This document shows, one piece after another, positions 27,701 to 36,849 of a stretch of DNA of 64,000 nt. The notes beneath the pieces were generated by a model. It made no database searches. It worked only from the letters and a program-made list of their open reading frames with translations, and had not been told where the DNA came from. Every line of letters begins with the position of its first letter. Positions within the stretch are counted from its first letter, which is position 1. The stretch is from Vicugna vicugna (Eukaryota). The position numbers and the translations under genes were made by a program. The stretch spans positions 1,252,419-1,316,418 of the forward strand of contig MU058198.1 of assembly GCA_013265495.1 (NCBI GenBank), given 5' to 3'.

Positions 27701-30700
27701 GATGGCATCAGGCCCAGAATTTGAGACAAGCCAGGGAAGAAGAGCCAAGGCTTCCGGAGTCATTTTATCTTTCTTTGAATATTTGTTTGCCTCAGTTTAT
27801 TTTAAAATCTTATTTTGCAGAGAGGCAATTTAAGGCTCCTGATAACATTTGGAAGTCTTAAAATATCAATTAAAATTCCAATTTCCATTCAGTTTTGGAA
27901 ATTTAAAGCCTCAGTTACCCAATATGGTCTTAAGAGAATTAAGTTCAGGGATTTCAAAAGCTCTCCATACTGGACATTGATGTTTGAAGTTGTTTTGGGT
28001 TAGGTCTGTCCGTGCGGTTAGAAATGCACATGGATGAGGGCTGTGGTTTTCAAACATAAAATGGACCAGGGTCCCTGGAGGGGGGCCCCCTTAAAATATT
28101 GAGACAACTAGGAATTCTATTTCCTACAGAGTTTTCTCTAGAATAAACGAGTAATTTTCAAACAACAGCGCAAACAACCTGAATAGCCTGCAGGCGTAAT
28201 ACCAGCCAGTTCTAAGAGAATAGTCAGTCTGGTCCCACAAGAGGCAGGCCAAAAGCTGCTGAGGGCAGTTTCAATAGAACAACCCCTATTCCAAACAGAA
28301 TTGGGCCAAAGGCTGAATCAGCACAGTTCCAATTAAATAGCTCCAGTTCCCAGAGGAATAGGCTAAAGGCTAAGTCAGTTTCAAGAAAAACAGCCCCTGT
28401 TCCAAAGAGAATCAGGGCAGAGGTTAGCACAGTTGGGACAGCCTGGTTTTAATATCAGGCCAAAGTTTCAAATGAGTATTTGCATACAGGACACAGCTTT
28501 AACGGAAAGGACAAAACCTTTAAATAAATCTTGAGTAAAACTTGGAGAGCTTCAAAATGCAAAGAGGGTGGAAGCTCAAACCCAGGAGAAAGACATACCC
28601 TCAAACTCCAGGGCTGGCCAGACAGCCGTGAGCAGCAGTGGGCCCAAAGTGGGAACCCCACCTGCTTGCTCACCAGCCCTGGAGTTGTCAAGGGTCTTCT
28701 CTGAACCCCCTTACAGGCCATCAAAATATTGCCCTTAAACAGAGTGCCAGTTATTTCTCCAGCAAAAGTGGGTTTGTTCAGTGTTGGGCCAACTAACATC
28801 CTTCAAAGTCCAAGGACCCCCATTCCTGGGCTCTCAGAAGTTTGCCTGCGATTCCTCAACAGATAAAGTACACTCTTTACTGGGCGTGTTTGCCCTAACA
28901 AACTAGTAGCCCTAGGCAATGTCTAATCTCACAATAGCCCAGGCTGGCTTGTTTCAGCACACCTTATCAGAGTCATATCCCACCACCTTTCCTAGGTAAA
29001 AGGACCCTAAACCTTTTACCTCACCTGCAACCAGTCAGAGACTTGTGCATAAGCCAATCAGGCACCTTGTGACCCAGCCTTATAAAAGACCCCAACAACC
29101 GGCCCTTGGTGCTCGCACAGGCACCTCTAGTCTGTGTGGCCCACTATTGTCTGTGACAGCGTACTCTTAATGAACTCCTTTTCTACTCTTATACTTTATC
29201 TCTGGTAAATTCTTTTACCAATCTGTGTGTCACCGGCTCACTGATTGGCTGCTCTGTTGCATCCCACAACATTCAGGATCAGCAAAGAATTGCATTTTGG
29301 GGTCTGCAACCATGGTGAGCCCTGCTCAAGCCCTCTCCCACAACAAGGAGAGGAGGGCTCTTTTAAAGAGGAGAAAAGGAAGTTGGGAAAACTATCAGAA
29401 ATAAAGAATTCATTGGAGGGGTTGAGAATTTGAAGTATAGAGTGTTTTCATCGGCTGAGTTATGACCATTGCTCATTGGCTGAGCTCTTACCAGTCAAGA
29501 AGGAAAAGGTCTTTCTTCTTCCCGTTGGGCTCTGCGATTAACATAGGAAATGACAGATCCCCCTTCTGGTGTCCTGACTCTATTTTAATTGAGATTTACA
29601 TTTATAACTTTTACCAAGGGAAGGGAAGCGAGGATTGGGTAGAATATGCAATTGCACTGCCTCAGCCAACCCCATGAAGAGTTCTGAAGCTAGGACAACT
29701 TTTTAGGGTTTCCTGAAGGAAGGCGAGGAGGGGGTTCTTACAGCTTATGTAGGTCAGGCACGGATGCAGGCTGCCCTGGGACGGGGGTGTGGCCCTGGGG
29801 GAGATAGCTCTCCTTGGCTGCTGTGCTCCCCAAAGGGGCTTGACAGTGGGGGTGTAAGCCTTTTATTTCTGCTGGGGGATCTAAGTAGCACTTCAAAGAG
29901 TCCATCACACAGACTTTCAGCCTCAAACCGACAGGCATTGCAGCACAGTCTCTGAAATCAAACGGTTACATTCAAAATTTATCTCCATCACTTACTTTCT
30001 CAACAGTTGTTCTGTGCCTCAGTTTCCTTGTCTGTAAAATGGGGATACTGGTGTTACTCCTTCACAGGCTGTTAAGATGATGAGCAAATATTTGTTAGGC
30101 ATAAGGCACTTGGCAGAGTGACCAACACATAATAAACATTTCATAAGTATTTTAAAAGGAGACTAGAAATCCAATCATATTATGAATTTTGAATTGTAAT
30201 TGAGTATTTTGGAGGATCCAGTGGAGGGGGTCCTATCACACAGTATAACAGTGTATTACTCAATAGATGTGTCTCCTTTGACAAGTCTCTCCTCTCAGAT
30301 GCTCCAGGCAGCAGGTGATTTCCACTTTCTCCCTCCTTCCAGTGACTACACCCTCTGTTTTCTTCTTCATGATATGCAGAGTAGCTTTCTTCTTACCCTT
30401 AAACCTGGATCTCCCTGTGGCTTCCTCCTAACCTTTGTCTACACCACAAGGGCCAAATAGGTAAATATTTTAGGCCACACTGTGTTTGTTGCAACTACTC
30501 AACTGCCCTTGTAGTGTGAAAGAAGCCGAAGACAACTGTCAGTAAATGGTGTGAGTGTGTTTAAATAAAACCTCATTTACAAAAACAGAAGGAAGGCTGG
30601 GTTTTGCCCACAGACTATAGTTTGCCAACCCCTGTTCTACCCCTATTGTGATTTTAACAAACTCCTTCCTCGACAAGGCAGTCTTACCTTCTGGGAAAGT

Positions 30701-32235
30701 CCCACATCAGCTGCTAAGAAGCTATGTTTTCTATATCAGTATCCCTATGGTTACTATTTTTATTAACCCCAAGACCATTCGACTCCTAGACCAATGCCTT
30801 GTTAAGCTGAACCACACAACGGGAAGCTTCAATGAACTGTCTTCATCATCCATATTTTAGGATTCAGGAATATTAGAGATGGATGGGTCCTTGATATCAA
30901 ACATTTCTTTTCACAGGTAAGAAAAGTATAAATGGAGGGATTTTATAGTTTTACAAAGGACACACCAACAGGAAATGACTGAGATGGAATTCAAAACCAG
31001 GCTTCCTAACTCTTAGCTGTCTATTCTCTCTAGTCCAGATTAGTAACCACATCTAATATTTTTGAGTATTTACCTTGCTGGAGAGGAAGAAATTTTCTTC
31101 TGCCCTTCTAGGTTCTTCTTACTGATCTAAGTATTTAATCAATATGAGACGAAAGAAAATCAAACAAAAGTTTAATCACATATACGTGGGAAAGACCCAG
31201 GGAACTGAGTGATTTGCGAAAATGGCCAAAGCCCTCACCTTAAGTACCAACTTCAGCTAAATTTTGGCAAAAGAGAATGTTGGGGGTGGTGGTTTGGGAC
31301 CTCAAAAGGGAGGAGAGCAATTCACATAGAGATGGGAAGGCACATGTTTGGTAAATAAATGTTTCCTGGGCCAGGCAGAGACAATGGGACACAGAACACA
31401 CACTGATTTCTAGGCCCTGCCAAGTCTCCCCCACCTGACTAGCCTATGTTCTCTACAGATGTCTCTGATAATAGCTCTATTCTGGGAACATACCCTTTAT
31501 CTAAGTTCTTTTAAGCAATTAAAGGGGAAGTAACAAGAAAAACTTCCCAAGTCTTCTGTTTCATAAAAATAATTAGCCTAAATTAATCTTCATGCCAAAA
31601 AGACACATTTTGGGCTGGCAAATTTTGTTCCCTGACAACCCCATGCCAAGAATTTAGTCTGGGTAATTGCACTTTTCATCACAATAACTCAACAAAGCTA
31701 TTATCCTCCAGTGTATTTAGTGGGAAAATTGAGAAACCAATTTTCAGAAAAAAACAAGTGACCTGGCTGAAGCCAGAGTGGTAAAGGAAAGACTGGAGCT
31801 CGGAGTTGTCTGCTACGTCATGTTGCATTCACCATGCTGCTTCTTCCCCGTCCTAGGGAATGTCAGAGACCAGCTGACTAACCTTAATGTCAAGTTCTAG
31901 CCATTCTCTTCTTGTCCTTGTCCCAGAGCACTTTCTGAAGCTTCTTACTGCACGGGGGGTGGGGGTGGGGCTTCCTTGGGAGTTTTTCAGGCTCAGTCCT
32001 CACTCACGTGGAGTCTTCAGCCTCAAGAGTTTCCTCTCACCCTATAGCAGTTTCTCTGATTAAAAAAAAAAGAAAAAAACAACCCCACCGGGGCACGAAC
32101 AGCCCACTTTGGACTAATTTTTCCCAACAGATGGAGTTCGTCTTGCACCTGCCTAAAACCATCACAGGGAAGATAAACCGGGCGAAGCTTCGCAACGTGG
32201 AGTGGAAGAAGTCTGGGCAAGCTGGGGCCCAGTGA
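592..32235 (+). CDS. ACSM2: Acyl-CoA synthetase medium-chain family member 2 (ACSM2A/2B-like), mitochondrial; complete spliced CDS join(592..768,2846..3056,5835..6042,6821..6964,12475..12631,15236..15315,15518..15641,16792..16872,17884..17985,19919..20046,20168..20267,21335..21454,32131..32235), 578 aa
   Basis: 13 exons joined by hand, all with AG/GT boundaries and consistent phases; 1737 nt open frame ending TGA. Adenylate-forming motifs [33 protein letters not shown] and LPKTITGK are present. N-terminus [32 protein letters not shown] matches recalled ACSM2. Confidence 0.96.
1880..2330 (+). mobile_element. Old L1 3' end fragment (L1MB-like)
   Basis: Typical L1 3' UTR text: tacaatggaatattatttggcc...attatgttaagtaaaataagccagacaaaaaagg...ggagatggatgatggttg; boundaries approximate. 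Confidence 0.75.
2846..3056 (+). CDS. ACSM2: ACSM2 coding exon 2
   Basis: ttcag|[24 protein letters not shown]...[14 protein letters not shown]; donor G|gttggt; 211 nt. Confidence 0.96.
3381..3612. mobile_element. hAT-Charlie MITE (MER58-like)
   Basis: ggtaaactctgacctgtaggccaaatccagcc at one end and aaaagtttgcca at the other resemble MER58 termini. Confidence 0.65.
3620..5210. mobile_element. L2 remnant interrupted by an L1 3' fragment (about 4360-4765) and a SINE
   Basis: Purine-rich L2-type text (ttgggctgagagctggaggatga...ggtcactttgga...tttgagaatcatcaac); approximate. Confidence 0.55.
4387..4512 (+). mobile_element. tRNA-derived SINE (camelid Vic-1 type)
   Basis: agtggtggagtgcctacctagcatgcacaaggtcctggattcaatccccagtgcctcc (B-box-like), followed by a C-run and A tail. 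Confidence 0.8.
5539..5572. repeat. (GT)n microsatellite
   Basis: Direct reading. Confidence 0.9.
5835..6042 (+). CDS. ACSM2: ACSM2 coding exon 3
   Basis: ctccag|[25 protein letters not shown]...[10 protein letters not shown]; donor CG|gtgagt; 208 nt. Confidence 0.96.
6101..6640 (-). mobile_element. Ancient ERVL-type solo LTR (LTR16/LTR33-like) split by a SINE
   Basis: tgtcttagcctgcgttcccaccaaaatcagaaactgagccaag start; homology resumes after the SINE TSD; right end approximate. Confidence 0.5.
6247..6399 (-). mobile_element. tRNA-derived SINE (camelid Vic-1 type) with 13-bp TSD
   Basis: Minus strand gggagggtattgctcaag...cttagcatgcacaaggtcctgtgttcaacccccagtgcctcc; TSD aagagtttattat at 6234-6246 and 6400-6412. 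Confidence 0.88.
6821..6964 (+). CDS. ACSM2: ACSM2 coding exon 4 (AMP-binding P-loop)
   Basis: tgtcag|[54 protein letters not shown]; donor GA|gtaaga; 144 nt. Confidence 0.96.
8966..12250 (-). mobile_element. L1 with 5' UTR, ORF2 fragments and 3' UTR, internally deleted (no ORF1, no RT core)
   Basis: 5' end tcaagatggtggag near 12240; GC-rich 5' UTR 11090-12240; ORF2 pieces ([17 protein letters not shown]-terminal [12 protein letters not shown]); poly-T and 3' UTR from 8966. Confidence 0.85.
12475..12631 (+). CDS. ACSM2: ACSM2 coding exon 5
   Basis: tctcag|[26 protein letters not shown]...VDPQVILK; donor AAG|gtaaga; 157 nt. Confidence 0.95.
13045..13416 (-). mobile_element. MaLR solo LTR (MLT1A-like)
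   Basis: tgctataacaaaatcccacagatggggtggcttaagcaa...gagatcagggtgccagcatagttggg...cattcagtccataaca. Confidence 0.75.
13430..13790 (-). mobile_element. Old L1 3' fragment (L1ME-like)
   Basis: gcctggcttctttcattcaatg...ttgatgggcattggggttatttccagtttgggactatt. Confidence 0.65.
15236..15315 (+). CDS. ACSM2: ACSM2 coding exon 6
   Basis: ctccag|[32 protein letters not shown]; donor AG|gtgatg; 80 nt. Confidence 0.94.
15518..15641 (+). CDS. ACSM2: ACSM2 coding exon 7
   Basis: cttcag|[23 protein letters not shown]...REFYGQTET; donor ACG|gtacct; 124 nt. Confidence 0.95.
16792..16872 (+). CDS. ACSM2: ACSM2 coding exon 8
   Basis: ccacag|[33 protein letters not shown]; donor CAG|gtttgt; 81 nt. Confidence 0.94.
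17884..17985 (+). CDS. ACSM2: ACSM2 coding exon 9
   Basis: ctccag|[40 protein letters not shown]; donor GTG|gtgaga; 102 nt. Confidence 0.95.
19919..20046 (+). CDS. ACSM2: ACSM2 coding exon 10
   Basis: taccag|[27 protein letters not shown]...[11 protein letters not shown]; donor GG|gtaagc; 128 nt. Confidence 0.95.
20168..20267 (+). CDS. ACSM2: ACSM2 coding exon 11
   Basis: ctgcag|[40 protein letters not shown]; donor GAG|gtgatg; 100 nt. Confidence 0.95.
20300..20520 (+). mobile_element. MIR SINE
   Basis: ggcaagctacttagcttctctgtgcctcagtttaccatatgtaagatg MIR core. Further MIR fragments lie near 14530, 17570, 18730-19000, 29945-30150, 33400-33630, 42960-43180, 46320-46470, 52700-52840 and 58375-58600. 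Confidence 0.8.
21335..21454 (+). CDS. ACSM2: ACSM2 coding exon 12
   Basis: ctgcag|[46 protein letters not shown]; donor AAG|gtaagg; 120 nt. Confidence 0.95.
21733..22190. mobile_element. Old MaLR LTR (MLT1J/K-like)
   Basis: tcaggattctatcagttgcaagtgacagaaattcaactt...tctgattggaccaacttgggtcatatgcccatgg. Confidence 0.55.
28706..28723 (-). other. Degenerate primer-binding site, tRNA-Ile(AAU)-like
   Basis: Minus strand TGATGGCCTGTAAGGGGG versus TGGTGGCCCGTACGGGGA (complement of the tRNA-Ile 3' end, recalled): 14/18; lies 3 nt inside the 5' LTR edge. Confidence 0.6.
28782..29271 (+). mobile_element. Solo LTR (490 bp) nested inside the ERV 5' LTR
   Basis: TGTTG...CAACA inverted termini; TSD ttcag at 28777-28781 and 29272-29276; CCAAT near 29054 and TATAAAA near 29082 on the + strand. 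Confidence 0.88.
30440..30635. mobile_element. hAT-Charlie MITE (MER58-like)
   Basis: aagggccaaataggtaaatattttagg...gactatagtttgccaacccctg. Confidence 0.7.
31076..31637 (-). mobile_element. ERV1 solo LTR (MER34-like)
   Basis: TG...CA ends; approximate TSD acct/accc; reverse-complement homologue of 38107-38672. Confidence 0.75.
32131..32235 (+). CDS. ACSM2: ACSM2 terminal coding exon 13
   Basis: caacag|[40 protein letters not shown]; contains the catalytic-Lys motif PKT-TGK; 105 nt. Confidence 0.94.
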   Translation: MEFVLHLPKTITGKINRAKLRNVEWKKSGQAGAQ

Positions 32236-32397
32236 GACCTGCAGGAAGTTTTACTTTGGGTCCTTTCCTTCTTCCCATTTCATTTTCCTTTGGATCATCT
32301 GCCTTCCTCTAAGGATATCAGATTCTTTATGACAAGACGTGATCTAATTTTTGTCTTTCTTAGTTATTATTTCAAAATCTTGCCATGTTAGGTATTG

Positions 32398-32700
32398 AGA
32401 AAAGAAAAAGAGGGAAAGAATGAGTGAGAAGAAAGGAGAGAAGAGAGAAAAAAGAAAGAAAAATGAGAGATGCAAATACCAAAAGAAAAACTGAGAAAAA
32501 AAAAGAGGGAGGGAGGGATGGTGGGAAGGAGGCTGGGAGGAAAGATGGAAAGCATTAGAGGAAGGAAAAGAAATAGAAAAAGGATTAAAAAAAGAAGGAA
32601 AGGAGGAAAAGAAAAGAAAGAATACGATAAAATAGTAAGAGGAACTGATGATGAAAAATGATGGAAGACAGAAAGAATGAGAGAGATAGAAGGAAGGAAA
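32398..32700 (+). repeat. Purine-rich (A/G) low-complexity tract downstream of the ACSM2 stop
   Basis: About 300 nt, mostly A and G. Confidence 0.85.
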
Positions 32701-33094
32701 TATAATTACTCCCACAAGTGACAGAATCATGCAGAAAATTAGGTCTTAGAAAGGAAATGAAAGACCATGACACCCCATCGTACCCCTAGGATAAAAACTC
32801 CAGATGGAGAGACTTGTATGTGTAGTTGGGACATTAGAATCATCTTCAAGTCACTCCAAATTTGGGGGCAGTTATGACCAGAGATGGGGAAACCACCATT
32901 TATTGGGCATTTGCCACATGCAAAGCATTGTCCTAGGCATTTTATGAAGATTGTTGTGTTTTGTTTCTGCATGGCATCTACAAACTTCAGATCATAGCTG
33001 TGAGAACAGTGTAGGCACTTAGGCACCTCAAAAAGGTGCCCCTTCCCTTGTGGCTTAAGGGTTTTTTTGGCATGTACTCTTCCTAGAAAAAAAT

Positions 33095-33100
33095 AATAAA
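33095..33100 (+). terminator. Candidate ACSM2 polyadenylation signal
   Basis: First AATAAA seen after the stop codon (an ATTAAA lies near 32584); usage not demonstrated. Confidence 0.3.
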
Positions 33101-34551
33101 ATAATTTGTTAAATCAAGATCCTAAGGATTCTTTTTGGGGGAAACAAAGATGGGCAGAGTGATGTTGTTGAAGGATAAACCATGGAGTTAGTTCTTAGGG
33201 CCTCTGGGAGCCCAGAGCCAGGGATCCAGGAGAGAGAGGGATCTCTAGTAAGGACTATGAGAGCTTCCTCTCTGATCCAGAGATGGAAGGTGAACATTCC
33301 TAGCAGGTTCAAATGAGCTGGAGAAGAAAGCGAAGGCTCTCTGAGGGTCTATGAACTTTCATCTTAAGAATATTTAATAATAATAGCAACAATAATAAAT
33401 ATGTCAATCACTTATCAAGTACTTGTTAAGTGTCAGGTCCTATGGCAAAATACACATTCATTACCCCTCCTTAAAGTTCACAATCACTCTTCAATTCAGG
33501 TACTATTATTTCCTCCCATTTTACAGAGGAGGAAATTAAGACTTGGGGAGATTAAGTAATATGATCCAAAGTTACACAGCTGGGAAGTGACAGCATTAGG
33601 TTCAAGCTCAAGCCTATCTGCCTACAATGCCTATACCCCCCTTCCATTTGCTTGCCTTCTTCTCTGGCCCTTGATAAAATGCTTCTCTCAAAATCATCTT
33701 TTAAAATATCCATGAGAGAGAGGTACAAGGTGGCAGCATAGGAAGACTCCTGAGCTCACCTCCTCCCAGGGACACACCAAATCTATACCTACATACAGAA
33801 TAATTCTTCTTGAAGAAGCTTCAGGATGGATTGAATAACTACTGCACACAGAAGGACCACATAGGAATGGGTAGGAGATATGGAGACAATATCCATGGGA
33901 ATCCCTCCCACATCACAGTGATCTGTGGTAGGAAGGGATATCGCTGAGGGGTCCAAATGCAGACTTGCTCACCCTGGGACACAGTGAAAAAATAGTTTAA
34001 AGAGTACTTCAGCTATACAGAAAATGTACCCATTTGCTAACCCTAGAGTTTCTGCCAAAAGGGCAGAGAACTGCTGGAGCCCTATCCAGGAGGTGCACCA
34101 TTGTTTGAATGCTCCTAGAACTCCCTCTGGCCCATGCCTGCTCCACCTCCAGCAAGCAAGGAAGTCTTGACCCAAGAACTGCCCTTAGCCAGGATCTCCT
34201 CCAGCCCCAACCACCCCACCAAGGTGGTCTTGGGTGCAGTGCTCCCCAGAGCCTTTCCCTAGCCTAGGCCCATTGTAACTCCAGCTGGCCTGCCAAAGGT
34301 GTCAGGTACAAGCAGTCTATACAGGAGATGCTTCCTCAAAAGTTCACTCTGTCAAGACCACGGGAGTTACCTCTTTTGCCTAATTCATAGAAACAAAAGT
34401 CAGACAAAATGCGGAGACAAAAAAAAATGTTCCAAATGAAAGAACAAAATAAAATCCCAGAAAAAAAAAACCTTAATGAAACAGAGGTGAGTAATTTACC
34501 TGATAAAGTGTTCAGAGAAATGGTTATAAGGATGCTTATTGAACTTAGGAG

Positions 34552-35169
34552 TGCGGGGGGCCACTCATAACCTGAGGACTGCCGAGCACAGAGGTTGGGC
34601 CTAAACTCCCACAGTGCAGGGCGTCAGGCTCTGAGGTTGATTCTAACAAAGACAATCTCTGTCCCGCCACCCCTTTGAAGAATGCACCAGGTGCATTAGA
34701 GCCTGAGGAACATCCTGAGCTATTAAGTCACTAAGGACCTTTGGAAGGAGAGATACAATCGACACACAAGTTAGTGATCTTAGCCTGAAGAACAATCACC
34801 TGAGTGAATAGTACACGAGTCACGATGTTAGCTTAGAGGAACAATACCTTAGTTTATGATCTTGGTTTCGGGAACAGTTAATCTTAGTTTATTGAGAACT
34901 GTAAACAATAATGATGTCTGTAACAATATACAAGTTAATGATTTTAGTACACGATGTTAATGTACCCTAAAACAATACCNNNNNNNNNNNNNNNNNNNNN
35001 NNNNNNNNNNNNNNNNNNNNNNNNNNNNNNNNNNNNNNNNNNNNNNNNNNNNNNNNNNNNNNNNNNNNNNNNNNNNNNNNNNNNNNNNNNNNNNNNNNNN
35101 NNNNNNNNNTCTTTCTTTTTCCTGCAGCACAGGTTTCTGGACCTGATCGATTGTCGGCTGGCTCCGACA
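34552..35169 (+). mobile_element. Young LTR element (class II/betaretrovirus-like by its 6-bp TSD) spanning an assembly gap
   Basis: TG...CA termini; perfect TSD taggag at 34546-34551 and 35170-35175; retains CpGs; host L1 ORF1 resumes after it. Confidence 0.8.
34980..35109. other. Assembly gap (130 N)
   Basis: Run of N. Confidence 1.
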
Positions 35170-35558
35170 TAGGAGAAATTGCAGAAACTTAGAACTTCAG
35201 CAAATACTCAGGCATGTGAGAAAGAACCAATCAGAACTCAAGAATACAATAAGTGAAATTTTAAAAAAATACACCATAGGAAATCAACAGCAGATTAGAT
35301 GATACAACAGAATAGATAAGTGATCTAGAAGACAAAATAGCAGAAATCACCTGAACAGAACACTAAAAAGAAGATTTTTTTTTAATGAGGAGAGTTTAAG
35401 GGATCTATGAGACAAACATGCCCACTCTCACCTCTTTTATTCAACATAATGTTGCAAGTCTTAATTCAAAAAGATATACATATCCCTGTGTTCTTTGTAG
35501 CATTATTTACAATAGCCAAGACATAAGAGCAATCTAAGTGCATATTACAGATGAGTGG

Positions 35559-35559
<1 letters not shown>

Positions 35560-35606
<47 letters not shown>
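35560..35606. repeat. (CA)n microsatellite inside L1
   Basis: Direct reading. Confidence 0.92.
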
Positions 35607-35608
<2 letters not shown>

Positions 35609-36565
35609 GAATATTACTCAGCCATAAAAAAGTATGAAATCTTACCACTGTGGCAACATGAATGAATATGGAGGGTATTATGCTAAGTGAAATAAGTCAG
35701 ACAGAGATTAAAAAAAACCCATGACTTCACTTATATATGGAATCTAGAAAACAAAACAAATAAACAAACAAAACAAAAGAGAAACAGGCTAACAATACAG
35801 AGAACAAACTAGCAGTTGCCAGAGGGCATGAGGGTGGTGGGACCAACAAAACAGGTGAAGAGAATTAAGAGGTACAAAATTCCAGCTGTAAAATTGCTAA
35901 GCCACAGGGATACAATGTGCAGATAGGAAATACAGTCAAAATATTGTAACAACTTTGTATGGTGACAAATTAACTGGTCTTATTATGTTGACCACTTTAT
36001 AATGTATAAAAATATCAATTCACTATGTCAGACATCTGAAGCTGATATAATATTGTATGTTAATTATAACTCAATAAAAATAAATTAAATATCCAACAGA
36101 ATGTAAATATACTGTGATATACTCCTCTCCTGGAGTCCACTAAAATTCACCCGAGTTTTATGTTTGGCCTAGTAGAGAAATGCAATTTGCTAATCAAATA
36201 GCAACACTTTCTTTTTCACAATCTGGATTCATCACTGTTGAAGGGAATATCATTTAACTGATGCTTGCCAAGAATTTAAAATCTAGCAGATTGATCATTC
36301 TGACACTTTCACGTTAACTTTATCCTAGAGTGAGAATGCTTTTGATCATAACCCCTTACCTAGTGCCCAGTCCATGATCTCCTTACCTTCTCCAGAGTCA
36401 GGAATGAGTGAAGGTGGGAATCCATACTCTTAGGGGAAAATCTATGACTTACCCAAAGTACAAAATTTGTCTCTCCTTCCTTTACTCCATCCTTTCATCC
36501 ATACGGTTTGTGTAAAGGAATCAAAATATTTGGCCAGTACCTTTCAGACTGGCTCACTGTAACTA

Positions 36566-36849
36566 CGGGCATACCTCATTTTATTGACCTTCCCTTTATT
36601 GTGCTTCACAGATATTAGGCTTTTCACAAATTGAAGGGTTTTGGCATCCTTGCATTGTCAGATTATGGTTAAGGTATGCACATTTTAAAGACATACTGCT
36701 ATCACACACTTAATAGACTATAGCATAGTGTAAACGTAACTTTTATATGCACTGTGAAACCAAAAAATTTGTATGACTTGCTTTATCGGGATATTCACTT
36801 TATTGCAGTGGTCTGGAACTGAACCTGCAATAGCTCCAAGGTAATCCTG
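36566..36849 (+). mobile_element. Tigger1-derived non-autonomous DNA transposon
   Basis: ta|cgggcatacctc ... aaggtaatcctg|ta: imperfect TIRs with TA TSD; internal text gtgcttcacagata and ttattgcagtggtctggaactgaacc. Confidence 0.8.

Larger units (their letters stand above)
22613..29616 (-). mobile_element. Degraded class I (gamma-like) endogenous retrovirus, LTR-gag-pro-pol-LTR, no recognisable env, antisense in the last ACSM2 intron
   Basis: Homologous LTRs at 22613-23003 and about 28727-29616 (shared gatcagcaaagaatt, gaggagaaaaggaa, tgagctctt, ctctattttaattgag). RNase H motifs FTDGS, TSAQQAE and [10 protein letters not shown] at 24560-24815. Integrase [17 protein letters not shown] near 23560-23615. 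Many stops and frameshifts. Confidence 0.88.
22487..29930 (-). mobile_element. Ancient ERVL-type LTR (LTR16-like) split into about 22487-22612 and 29617-29930 by the ERV insertion
   Basis: tgtcataggtgagttttctgagaagcaaattctg...ggtttattagggagtg continues as gaggattgggtagaa...gcctcagccaaccccatg after the provirus. Confidence 0.55.
33713..36086 (+). mobile_element. L1 with 5' UTR, partial ORF1 and 3' end, internally deleted and interrupted by an LTR
   Basis: 5' caaggtggcagcatagg; ORF1 start MRRQ near 34409; 3' UTR ending aataaaaataaatt; TSD aaatatcca at 33704-33712 and 36087-36095 at a TTTT/AAAA site. Confidence 0.8.

Noticed and set aside
28240..28435. Imperfect tandem repeats resembling a spaced array
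   Set aside because: They are in the ERV leader region; the DNA is eukaryotic and has no CRISPR-type constant repeats or cas genes.
592..32235. Possibility that ACSM2 is a pseudogene because of heavy TE load
   Set aside because: All 13 exons join in frame with canonical splice sites and intact core motifs.
32344..32773. Hydrophobic and basic ORFs (also 39862-40171)
   Set aside because: Translations of purine/pyrimidine low-complexity tracts and the GGAA microsatellite.
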